Part shown: positions 1 to 7,774 of the stretch, in pieces
Position numbering within the stretch: the first letter of the stretch is position 1
How the letters are laid out: each line of letters starts with the position of its first letter
Assembly (NCBI GenBank): GCA_002495225.1
Contig: DAEF01000010.1
Coordinates: 1 to 27,780, forward strand
Length of the DNA stretch: 27,780 nucleotides
Origin: Methanoregulaceae archaeon UBA288
Lineage (GTDB): Archaea > Halobacteriota > Methanomicrobia > Methanomicrobiales > Methanospirillaceae
Direction: 5' to 3'
Position numbers and translations under genes: made by a program
The notes under the pieces: generated by a model
What the model saw: only the letters and a program-made list of their open reading frames with translations
What the model was told of the DNA's origin: nothing
Databases searched by the model: none

Positions 1-34
1 TGTAGCCGCAGACCGTGCAGCGCCAGCGCGTCAT
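1..34 (-). CDS. Rubredoxin-like (CxxCG) protein, N-terminus only, cut by the window edge
   Basis: Not in the ORF track. The reverse complement of 34..1 reads ATG ACG CGC TGG CGC TGC ACG GTC TGC GGC TAC = MTRWRCTVCGY, the typical first knuckle of rubredoxin or rubredoxin-like domains. Full product unknown. Confidence 0.7.
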   Translation of the reverse strand, partial: MTRWRCTVCGY

Positions 35-57
35 GGATCGCGGTGAGGTTCCGTGGC

Positions 58-64
58 TATTTAT
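58..64 (-). promoter_or_regulatory. TATA-like box for the rubredoxin-like gene (probably leaderless)
   Basis: ATAAATA on the minus strand, 24-30 nt upstream of the ATG at 34, in otherwise GC-rich sequence. Confidence 0.35.
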
Positions 65-74
65 GCCTGTTCGT

Positions 75-1226
75 CTACCGCGAGACCATCTGCTGCATCA
101 GATTCATGATCCCGGGCTTCCCGCCACGGCGCCGCCCCGCGATCATGGCCTCCATCCCCCCCTCGCCGAACATCTCGGCGTTGAGCCGGTCCGCGACCTC
201 GTCGTAGATCCGCCGGTACGCGACGCAGTGGGGGTCGACGCCCGCCACCTCGCCGCCGGTCGGGGCCAGCGCGTTGTACGGGCAGCCCCCGCGGCAGTAC
301 CGGATGTGCCGGCAGTCCCTGCAGTGCTCGTCCACGTACTCTCGGAACGCGGCGAGGCGCCGCCACGCCTCCGTCGATTCGAGCTCGGCCTGCGTGGGCG
401 CGTCGCGGACGTTTCCCATCCGCCACTCGTCCATGCCGACGAAACGGTAGCACGGGTAGATCCCGCCGTCGGGGCCGACCGCGTACGTCGATCCCAGGCA
501 GTCGGCGAAGGTGCAGACCGTGCCGCGCCGGACGAGGACCCCCTTGACGATGTCGTCGATGTTCATGACCCGGAGGCTCCCGAGGTGGGCGAGGTACTGG
601 TCGAGCAGGTAGACCAGGAGCTCGCCGTACTCCTCGGGGGCGAGCGCATACGCGTCGGGCCGGCTATCGCGAAGAGACGGGAGGGCCGGGTGGAGTTTCA
701 TCACGTACCCGTTCTCGAGGAAGAACCGGACGATCGCGTCCTTCTCCTTCACCGAGCCGGCCGTGAAGGTGCAGATAACGCTGACCGGGATCTCGTGGCG
801 GGCCGCGACCTCCATCCCGGCGCGCGTCCGCTCGAAGTAGCCCGTCCCGCGCTGGGAATCGTTCAGCTCGGGCGGGCCATCGAGGCTCGTACCTATCGGG
901 ACGTTGTGGGCCGCGAGCACGGTTGCGAGCCGGTCGTCGAGGAGCCAGAGGTTCGACTGCATCGCGAACGCGACCGTGCGGGACGCGAGCCCCTCCTCGA
1001 TCATGGGGAGCGCGGCCTCGTAGAACTCCGGCCCGGCCAGCAGGGGTTCGCCGCCGTGGAACGTGACCGTCACCGGGCTGTCGTTGAGCGCCGCGATCCA
1101 GGCCGTCGCCGCCCGGACCGTCTCGAGGTCCATCATCGGCCCCTGGTGCTCGCTCGACCAGCAGTACGCGCACTTCGCCGGGCAGCGGAGCGTCGGGATG
1201 AGCATGAGGTGGAATGGGGTCTTCAT
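75..1226 (-). CDS. Radical SAM/SPASM protein, methanogen Mhun_1560 (TIGR04083)-like putative peptide/protein-modifying enzyme
   Basis: CPAKCAYC (CxxxCxxC), TFHGGEPLL, QSN, SLDGP, and SPASM cysteines CTFADC, YPC, CRDCRHIRYCRGGCP and a final C. The family name is from recall of the N-terminal PFHLMLIPTL pattern. Confidence 0.92.
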   Translation of the reverse strand: MKTPFHLMLIPTLRCPAKCAYCWSSEHQGPMMDLETVRAATAWIAALNDSPVTVTFHGGEPLLAGPEFYEAALPMIEEGLASRTVAFAMQSNLWLLDDRLATVLAAHNVPIGTSLDGPPELNDSQRGTGYFERTRAGMEVAARHEIPVSVICTFTAGSVKEKDAIVRFFLENGYVMKLHPALPSLRDSRPDAYALAPEEYGELLVYLLDQYLAHLGSLRVMNIDDIVKGVLVRRGTVCTFADCLGSTYAVGPDGGIYPCYRFVGMDEWRMGNVRDAPTQAELESTEAWRRLAAFREYVDEHCRDCRHIRYCRGGCPYNALAPTGGEVAGVDPHCVAYRRIYDEVADRLNAEMFGEGGMEAMIAGRRRGGKPGIMNLMQQMVSR

Positions 1227-1245
1227 GATGATCGTTTACCGGTGG

Positions 1246-1309
1246 TAGCAGTCCGTCAACCGCGATCGCGCCGGGGAGATCCTTCCCTGCGCGATGTTCC
1301 CGACTGCTA
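1246..1309 (-). other. Long imperfect inverted repeat in the probable 5' leader of the radical SAM gene
   Basis: TAGCAGTC (1246-1253) pairs with GACTGCTA (1302-1309), and ATCGCGC (1265-1271) with GCGCGAT (1289-1295), plus an inner GGG/CCC stem. Confidence 0.55.
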
Positions 1310-1328
1310 TCCTATATTCACCCTTCTC

Positions 1329-1340
1329 ATTATTTTATAG
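1329..1340 (-). promoter_or_regulatory. TATA box for the radical SAM gene
   Basis: CTATAAAATAAT on the minus strand. The predicted start site falls at about the upstream arm of the hairpin. Confidence 0.5.
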
Positions 1341-1439
1341 AGTCGATCCACCCGGTCGCGGATGCATGACCCTCCAGAAGAACGGGGGAGGCGTCCCCTT
1401 CAGGGATCCTTCGAATACCGCCAGGGCCCGGCAGCGGGG

Positions 1440-3170
1440 TCAGATGACGGATGCAAACCTGATCGTGAACGATCGGGAACTCCCCGGGCCACCGGCGTCG
1501 AGCGCGCCGCCGGCCCGCTCGCAGAGCCCGTAGAGGAACCTGCGGGGCTTTCCGTCACAGGCGGAGGGAGCGGCGCAGCACGCCCCGGAGATGGCGGCGA
1601 CGGCTCGCTCGCCGTCTCTTCCGGCACGGACGGCGATGGCCCGCGCCCCGGTCCCGACAAGGTCCTCGATCAGGTAGGTGACGAGGTCGAGGACCCGGCC
1701 CCCGTCGGCCAGGACGGGCAGCTGTTCGGTCCCGAGGTCGAGGTCGACCGCGACGTCGCCCAGGAGCGGCGGCATGCCGATACGGGAGAGAAGCATCCGC
1801 CCGAAGGCCTCGTCGTCGTCCGCAGAGTCCAGGAGATCCTCGTCGGTGCAGGACCGGAGGGTATGGCCCGCAATGCAGGTCTGGAGGAGGTCCCGGAGAT
1901 CGTGCATGGCGGTGTCGCGGGCCGGGTCGAATCCCCTGAGCATGGTCGTGTAGTCGTCGAGCAGCCGCTCCGCACGTCGGACGAGCGCCGGGTCGATGAT
2001 CCGCGCCAGTTCGTCATGGTTGAACGAGCGCTGGAGTTTGTTGATCACCTGCCCGCCCTTGAGCGCGAGGGTCATCGGGACATGCCCGCCGGCATGGTAC
2101 TCCCGGCTGAACGCGTCGAAGGTTTCGAGCAGGTCGTCGATGACGTCGCCGCGGATCAGCGCGTGGAGCGCGGCGGCGGTTTCGGACTCGCCGAGCTCGT
2201 CCATCACGTGGGAGACGTAGTAGAGCCGCCCGGTCATCACGGTGAAGAGCTCGTTCACCTGCTCCATGCAGTCCTCGGCATAGGCGGCGGTCCGGCTGGC
2301 GCGCTCCGGGTCGAGTTCTGCAATGCCCGCCAGGAGCCCTGCGTCTCTCTCGACGGCGTCGAGCATCCCGAGGCCCTCGTCAACCGGGAGCATCCGTCCG
2401 TGCCCGGGGCAGACGGCCTCGATACCGCCCCGGGAGAGGAGCGCCCGCACCCCGGCGAGGGAGCGGACCAGCGCCTCCCGGTTCCATCCGGAGATGCCGG
2501 CGATGCCCGGGCTTGCAGCGAAGAGGAGGTCGCCGGTGAAGAGGAGACCCCCGATCCGGATGCAGCAGCTGTCCGGGCTGTGGCCGGGCGTGTGGTAGAC
2601 CTCGAGTGGGGGGCCGCTCCCGATGACGAGCTGCTCGTGCGAAAGGCCCGTCTCCGGCGGTCTCCGCACGATTGTAAGGGCTGCACCGCATGCATACCTG
2701 TGCGTGACCGGTTCACCGCCCCCGTCGCCGTCCGCCGCGGCGAGGAGATGCAGGTCGATCCGCAGCGGGGCGATCTCGAGGCCCAGCAGCGCCGCCTGCG
2801 TCAGCCGACGATCGGCGGACTCGAGCGCTTCGACCCCGCACTCCTGGGCCGCGATCACCGCGGTTGCCGGGTCTGCAAGGAGCGGGACGGAGAGGATGCC
2901 CAGGTAGTGGTCGACGTGAGCATGGGTCAGCACCACGACGAGCGGCTTGGTCGACGCTCCGCTGCTCTCGAGGATGATCGAGGCGAGGAATGCCGCCTGC
3001 TCCGGAAGACCGCCGGGGTCGACGATGATGACCGCGTCCGAAGTCCGGACGAGGTACGAGTTCGACGAGAGCGTGTCGATCTTCCGTATGAACGGGTAGA
3101 TCAGGGCATCCCTGCAGCCGGGCACCGGCTGCCATTGCTGTGGGAGCAGCGGTCCGCTACCACCCGGCAA
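1440..3170 (-). CDS. Metallo-beta-lactamase-fold hydrolase with a helical middle region and a degenerate GHKL/HATPase-like C-terminus
   Basis: THAHVDH (HxHxDH), HTPGHSPDS, FTGDLLF and CPGHG form a full MBL metal site. About 290 further residues follow. The TTG start overlaps the STAS gene by 14 nt; the exact start is uncertain. Confidence 0.85.
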   Translation of the reverse strand: MPGGSGPLLPQQWQPVPGCRDALIYPFIRKIDTLSSNSYLVRTSDAVIIVDPGGLPEQAAFLASIILESSGASTKPLVVVLTHAHVDHYLGILSVPLLADPATAVIAAQECGVEALESADRRLTQAALLGLEIAPLRIDLHLLAAADGDGGGEPVTHRYACGAALTIVRRPPETGLSHEQLVIGSGPPLEVYHTPGHSPDSCCIRIGGLLFTGDLLFAASPGIAGISGWNREALVRSLAGVRALLSRGGIEAVCPGHGRMLPVDEGLGMLDAVERDAGLLAGIAELDPERASRTAAYAEDCMEQVNELFTVMTGRLYYVSHVMDELGESETAAALHALIRGDVIDDLLETFDAFSREYHAGGHVPMTLALKGGQVINKLQRSFNHDELARIIDPALVRRAERLLDDYTTMLRGFDPARDTAMHDLRDLLQTCIAGHTLRSCTDEDLLDSADDDEAFGRMLLSRIGMPPLLGDVAVDLDLGTEQLPVLADGGRVLDLVTYLIEDLVGTGARAIAVRAGRDGERAVAAISGACCAAPSACDGKPRRFLYGLCERAGGALDAGGPGSSRSFTIRFASVI

Positions 3171-3489
3171 GCGCCTCGCCCTCGGTCTGGTAGATGGAGA
3201 AGATCGAGGTGAAGCCCGTGAGCGTGATGACCTTCAGCACGTCCGCGGAGAGGCAGCAGAGCCCGAACCGGTCTCCCGGATCCCTCAGTCGCTTTGCCGT
3301 CGCCAGGAGCACGCGCAGGCCGCCGCTGCTGATGTACGAAACACCGGAGAGGTCGAGGAGAACCTTTCTCGTGCCGCTCTCGATCGAGCGGTTGATCGCC
3401 TGTTCCAGTGCCGGTGCGGAGACGGTGTCGATCCTGCCGGCGATGGACAGGACGGCCCCATCCCCGCGTGCTGCGGTCGTAATCTCCAA
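3157..3489 (-). CDS. STAS-domain anti-sigma-factor antagonist (RsbV/SpoIIAA-like)
   Basis: IAGRIDTVSA and LDLSGVSYISSGGLRVLL, with the phosphoacceptor Ser at codon 3325-3327. TTG start with a GGAGGAG ribosome-binding site. Confidence 0.93.
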   Translation of the reverse strand: MEITTAARGDGAVLSIAGRIDTVSAPALEQAINRSIESGTRKVLLDLSGVSYISSGGLRVLLATAKRLRDPGDRFGLCCLSADVLKVITLTGFTSIFSIYQTEGEALAGW

Positions 3490-3689
3490 TCTTCTCTCCT
3501 CCCGTGACCTCTCTCGTCTCCGGGGAACTAATCAGTATCGGTTCCATTCTCGGGCAACCCCGCTCCTCGCGGCCGGGCCGTCGTCGGGACGCCCTTCGAC
3601 AGGTCCGGGGGCACGGGCAGGTCGACAGCGACGGAGACGCATCACCACGGTATTATGTGAGGCAGTGAGCTATTCCTACATGGGCACTC

Positions 3690-5069
3690 ATGGCCGGCAC
3701 GATCCTCACCTCGCTGGTCCTTCTTCTCCAGCTGACCTGCGTCATCGCCGTGGTCGCCTATCTCCTCACCCGGCGTCGCTTCTTCCTCGAGGTGCTGGAA
3801 GGCCATCCCGCGGCGAGGACCCGGCTCATTCTCATCGGGGTCTTCGGGGCGCTGTCGATCTACGGGACCGTGGGCGGGGTCGAGTTCATGGGGGGGATCA
3901 TCAATGTCCGCGATCTGGGCCCGATGGTCGGGGGGCTGGTCGGCGGCCCGGTGGTCGGGGTCGGGGCAGGCCTGATCGGCGCCCTCTATCGCGCCGGGCT
4001 GGGCGGATTCTCCGTCGTGCCCTGTGTGCTCGCCACGATCATCGCCGGGCTCCTGGGGGGGCTGGTCTGGCGTGCCTACGGGCGGAGGTTTCCCCCCACT
4101 GTCGTCGCCGTCTCCTTTGCCGTCCTGATGGAGGGGCTGCACATGCTCCTGGTCCTCGCCCTCGCCCGGCCGTTCGAGGAGGCGTTCGCGCTGGTGAATT
4201 CGGTCGCCCTGCCGGTGATCCTTGCCAACGCTGCCGGGGTCTGTATCTTCGCGGTATTCATCCACACTCTCGAGAACGAATGCAGGGTGCAGGCGGAGCG
4301 GGACGGCCTGATCCGTGAGATGGAGCGGAAGAACACCGAGCTGGCGATCGCGGCCGAGATCCAGCAGAGTTTCCTCCCCGACACGCTCCCCCAGGTCGCG
4401 CCCTTCGAGATCGCCGCACGGAGCATCATGGCCAGGGAGGTCGGCGGCGACTTCTTCGACGCGATTCCCTTCGAGGTGATGCACATGGGGCCGGATCGGC
4501 TCGGCATCTTCATCGCCGACGTCTCGGGCAAGGGGATCCCGGCCGCCCTCTTCATGGCGCTCTCGCGTATCGTCGTCCGGGTCAATGCCATCTGGCATCA
4601 GCAGCAGCCGGCAGAGGCGATCCGCGATGCGAACGCCATCATCACCGCGGACTCGACGTCGGGCATGTTCGTCACGCTCTTCTACGGCGTCCTCGACGCG
4701 AGAGACCGTTCGCTCACCTACGTGAACGCCGGCCACAACCCGCCCCTCGTCTGCGCTCCGGACGGCTCCTTCTCGGAGCTCCCGACGACCGGCATGGCGA
4801 TCGGCGCCGTCCCGGACGCGGCGTACGGCGCCGACACGGCCGTCCTGGGGCCGGGCAACGTGCTGGTGCTCTATACGGACGGGATCACCGAGGCCGAGAA
4901 CGCCGCGCAGGAAATGTTCGGGGAGGGCCGGCTGCGCGAGGCGATCGCCGGGGTGCGCACGCTCCCGGCCGAAGCGATGGTCGCCGCGATCCTCGAGGCC
5001 GTCCGGGCGTTCTCGGGCTCTGCTCCCCAGTCGGATGACATCACGCTGATGGTCATCAGGAGCGTTTGA
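3690..5069 (+). CDS. PP2C/SpoIIE (RsbU-like) Ser phosphatase with an N-terminal LytS/YhcK-type 5TM receptor domain
   Basis: Hydrophobic N-terminal 190 aa containing NVRDLGPMVGGLVGGP (5TM-5TMR_LYT-like), a coiled coil (ELAIAAEIQQSFLP), and intact PP2C motifs GGDFFD, DVSGKG, YTDG and DDIT. Confidence 0.93.
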   Translation: MAGTILTSLVLLLQLTCVIAVVAYLLTRRRFFLEVLEGHPAARTRLILIGVFGALSIYGTVGGVEFMGGIINVRDLGPMVGGLVGGPVVGVGAGLIGALYRAGLGGFSVVPCVLATIIAGLLGGLVWRAYGRRFPPTVVAVSFAVLMEGLHMLLVLALARPFEEAFALVNSVALPVILANAAGVCIFAVFIHTLENECRVQAERDGLIREMERKNTELAIAAEIQQSFLPDTLPQVAPFEIAARSIMAREVGGDFFDAIPFEVMHMGPDRLGIFIADVSGKGIPAALFMALSRIVVRVNAIWHQQQPAEAIRDANAIITADSTSGMFVTLFYGVLDARDRSLTYVNAGHNPPLVCAPDGSFSELPTTGMAIGAVPDAAYGADTAVLGPGNVLVLYTDGITEAENAAQEMFGEGRLREAIAGVRTLPAEAMVAAILEAVRAFSGSAPQSDDITLMVIRSV

Positions 5070-5070
5070 G

Positions 5071-5487
5071 ATGGACCGCTCAGCCGCGCTCGTCATCCCG
5101 GCGGACCTCGCCGGTATCGAGCGGGTCACCACCGCCCTCGACGCCGCGATGCGGGCCTGCGGGTTCCCCGACGGGCCGATCCGCGATCTGCAGCTCGCGG
5201 TCGAGGAGGCGATCGCCAATGCGATCGTCCACGGCTACCGCGGTGCGCCGGGCGACGTGGCAGTCGCCATTCGCGCCACCCGCGAAGCGGTGGAGGTCCG
5301 GATCGAGGACCGCGCTCCCGCGTTCGACCCGCTCTCGCTCCCGGCGCCGGACCGTGAGGCGAGCCTCGACGAGCGGCCGATCGGCGGTCTCGGGGTCTTC
5401 CTGATTCGGCAGGTGGTGGACGAGGCCGTCTACCGGTACGCCGACGGCCGGAACATCCTGGTCCTCGTCAAACGACGATCGACCTGA
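5071..5487 (+). CDS. RsbW/SpoIIAB-like Ser kinase / anti-sigma factor (HATPase_c_2)
   Basis: LAVEEAIANAIVHGY, IED..AFDP and GGLGVFLIRQVVD. Starts 1 nt after the phosphatase stop. Confidence 0.92.
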   Translation: MDRSAALVIPADLAGIERVTTALDAAMRACGFPDGPIRDLQLAVEEAIANAIVHGYRGAPGDVAVAIRATREAVEVRIEDRAPAFDPLSLPAPDREASLDERPIGGLGVFLIRQVVDEAVYRYADGRNILVLVKRRST

Positions 5488-5744
5488 TCGGGTCCCGGGC
5501 CTGGCGCCGAACGGAGTGGGCCTCGCCTCGCCGGGCGTCGCCACTCTCGGGCAGGGAGCCAGTGCGGAGGAGGAGGGTTTCGTTCCCGGCAAGGCAACCG
5601 GGTTCATTAAACCTCATGCTTCAATAAACCGAATCACCGATAGTTGATGGATGACCCGGGCTCCACCCGGCGCCGGGCATCACCCTCTCCATCGGCCTCC
5701 GGGACTGTCGCATCGGCGGCCCCCCCCGTTTTTCTCCGCGGCCG

Positions 5745-6224
5745 TCAGGTCCGGCCGATCCGCTCCTTCGCGAAGTCGCGCTCGAGCAGGATGTACGGGG
5801 CCCGGCGCATGCCGAGCCGCTCGTACGCGGCCTGCGCCGTCGCGTTCCCGGCCTCGACATAGAGCCGCAGGCCGGTCACGTCCGGTCTGGTTTCGGCCAT
5901 CGCCTCGATCGTCCGGTAGAGCCGGGCGAAGATCCCCTGTCGGCGGCAGTTGGGCCTGACGTACACCGACTGGACCCACCAGAAGTCCCCGCTCCGCCAG
6001 TCGGACCACTCGTACGTCACCATGCACTGGCCGACGACGGCCCCGTCCCCATCCACCGCCACGAGGTAGAAACCCCGGCCCGGCTCCTCCAGGATCGCCC
6101 GGACGCCGGAGAGGGCCGTCTCGGGGCTGATCTCCCACTCCTCGGTCTCGAGCGCGATCGCCCGGTTGTTCGCCGCGATCGCCCCGGCGTCGGCCGGGAC
6201 GGCCGCCCGGATCGTGATCTCCAT
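5745..6224 (-). CDS. GNAT family N-acetyltransferase
   Basis: MEITIRAA start (ATG 6224), WVQSVYVRPNCRRQGIF (motif A) and LRLYVEAGNATAQAAYERLGM. Confidence 0.9.
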   Translation of the reverse strand: MEITIRAAVPADAGAIAANNRAIALETEEWEISPETALSGVRAILEEPGRGFYLVAVDGDGAVVGQCMVTYEWSDWRSGDFWWVQSVYVRPNCRRQGIFARLYRTIEAMAETRPDVTGLRLYVEAGNATAQAAYERLGMRRAPYILLERDFAKERIGRT

Positions 6225-6246
6225 GGTACGCACTCGACGCCGGCCC

Positions 6247-6330
6247 AGAAAAACCGGCGTGGACAGCGGGGGGAGGCGCCGCCCCGTGCGACCGATCCGA
6301 GGCCACCCAGCAGAACCGCGCGGTTTTTCT
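6247..6330. promoter_or_regulatory. Symmetric divergent promoter region: 10-bp inverted repeat AGAAAAACCG ... CGGTTTTTCT
   Basis: Arms at 6247-6256 and 6321-6330. Each T5 run lies about 21-29 nt upstream of one of the divergent ATGs (6224 and 6349). Confidence 0.45.
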
Positions 6331-6348
6331 ACCCGGCGGGCTGAGTAT

Positions 6349-6879
6349 ATGACTGGTATCATGGTCGCGTCTCCTCCCGCCGCACCACAATCGCCCGATG
6401 CCGATGCGGGGCCCACGGAACGGGGTCGGCGGCGCTCGTTCTACCTCTTCGCCCTGCTCTTTTTCGTGATCGTGGCCGTTGTCATCGCCATGCTCGCCGC
6501 GGGGCTCATGTCCGGCGGGGGAGGGCGGCAGTTCGAGCTCGCGATCACCCCCTCGGGTGGAGAGATCGGCCCGGACGAACGGATGGACGTGGAGGTCCGC
6601 ATCACGGCCATACGCGAGGGGCTCATGTTCTTCGAGCACGATCTGCCCGTGACCCTCCGGGCCGAGGACGTGCCCAACGGCATCTACGTGACCTTCAACC
6701 CCGCAACGGGCCTGCCCGACCCGGTTTTCACGTCGCGCATGCTCGTCGCCCACGCCGGTGCGCCGCCGGGCGCGTACTCGTTCACCGTCCTCGCGACCGG
6801 GGCCGACGGCCGGAGCCTCTCCCTCCCGTTCCGGCTCCAGGTCACCGAGGGTGCGCCGACGACCCCGGTATCCCGATAA
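6349..6879 (+). CDS. Membrane-anchored protein with a C-terminal Ig-like beta-sandwich domain
   Basis: RGRRR followed by one hydrophobic helix (FYLFALLFFVIVAVVIAMLAAGL), then an alternating beta pattern with PPGAYSFTVLAT. Start re-assigned from 6166 to ATG 6349 (6361 is also possible). Confidence 0.7.
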   Translation: MTGIMVASPPAAPQSPDADAGPTERGRRRSFYLFALLFFVIVAVVIAMLAAGLMSGGGGRQFELAITPSGGEIGPDERMDVEVRITAIREGLMFFEHDLPVTLRAEDVPNGIYVTFNPATGLPDPVFTSRMLVAHAGAPPGAYSFTVLATGADGRSLSLPFRLQVTEGAPTTPVSR

Positions 6880-6912
6880 CCCTTTCTCGTCAGCCGACGG
6901 AATCACGGGCAT

Positions 6913-7740
6913 ATGAGGACCAGCGGCATCCCCGAACGCCCCCGGGTCGGGCTGGGCGGCGAGGGCGTGCTCAGGACCACCGGCCGCGAAGCCGGCGCGA
7001 CGGCCGTGATCGTCGAGGCGCTCGAGCGCGGTATCCGCTACTTCGACTCGGCCCGGGCCTACGCGGACAGCGAGCTGTACCACGGCAGGGTCTGGGGCGA
7101 ACGGCCGGCCCGCCGGGACGGGATCTTTCTGACGAGCAAGTCGGCGAGCCGGTCGTACGCGGGGGCCATTGCGGACCTGAAACTGACCCTCGCCCGGATG
7201 CAGACCGACTACCTGGACCTCTGGCAGGTCCACGACATCCGGACGCGGCCCGAACTCCGCGAGATCGAGGGGCCGAACGGGGCGCTCCAGGCCTTCCTCG
7301 AGGCGAAGGAGGCCGGGCTCGTCAGGCAGATCGGGGTCACGGGCCACCACGACCCGGCCGTGCTCGTCGAGGCCGTCGAGCGCTGGCCCGTCGACACGGT
7401 GCTTTTGCCCGTCAACCCGGTCGAGGCCGTGCTCGGGGGCTTCGTCGACCGCGTCCTTGAGACGGCCGAGGCAGCGGGCGTCGCGCCGATCGGGATGAAG
7501 GTGCTCGGCCGCGGACACTACGTCGCGCCCGACGGCGGGATCACGGCGGAGATCCTGATCCGGTACGCCCTCACCTTCACCCTCCGCATGGCGATCGTCG
7601 GCTGCGACACTACGACCGAGGTGGCGGTCCTGCTCCGGGCCGCCGCGGCCGGCCCCCTCGATCCGGCCGAGGCCGACGCCCTGGTCGAGGCCTTCCGGCC
7701 CGCGGCCCGGCGGCTCGCCTACTACCGCGGGGTGTTCTGA
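6913..7740 (+). CDS. Aldo/keto reductase family oxidoreductase
   Basis: GLGG, GIRYFDSARAY (catalytic D and Y), LTSK (K), YLDLWQVH (H), IGVTGH, GMKVLG. Confidence 0.92.
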   Translation: MRTSGIPERPRVGLGGEGVLRTTGREAGATAVIVEALERGIRYFDSARAYADSELYHGRVWGERPARRDGIFLTSKSASRSYAGAIADLKLTLARMQTDYLDLWQVHDIRTRPELREIEGPNGALQAFLEAKEAGLVRQIGVTGHHDPAVLVEAVERWPVDTVLLPVNPVEAVLGGFVDRVLETAEAAGVAPIGMKVLGRGHYVAPDGGITAEILIRYALTFTLRMAIVGCDTTTEVAVLLRAAAAGPLDPAEADALVEAFRPAARRLAYYRGVF

Positions 7741-7774
7741 CGGACGCCGCCGGCGGGGTGGACCTCCATCCTGT

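Noticed and set aside
1310-1439. Short ORFs upstream of the radical SAM gene as precursor peptides (MHPRPGGSTL, MRRVNIG)
   Set aside because: They are 7-10 codons long, overlap the TATA region, and have no ribosome-binding site or modifiable motif.
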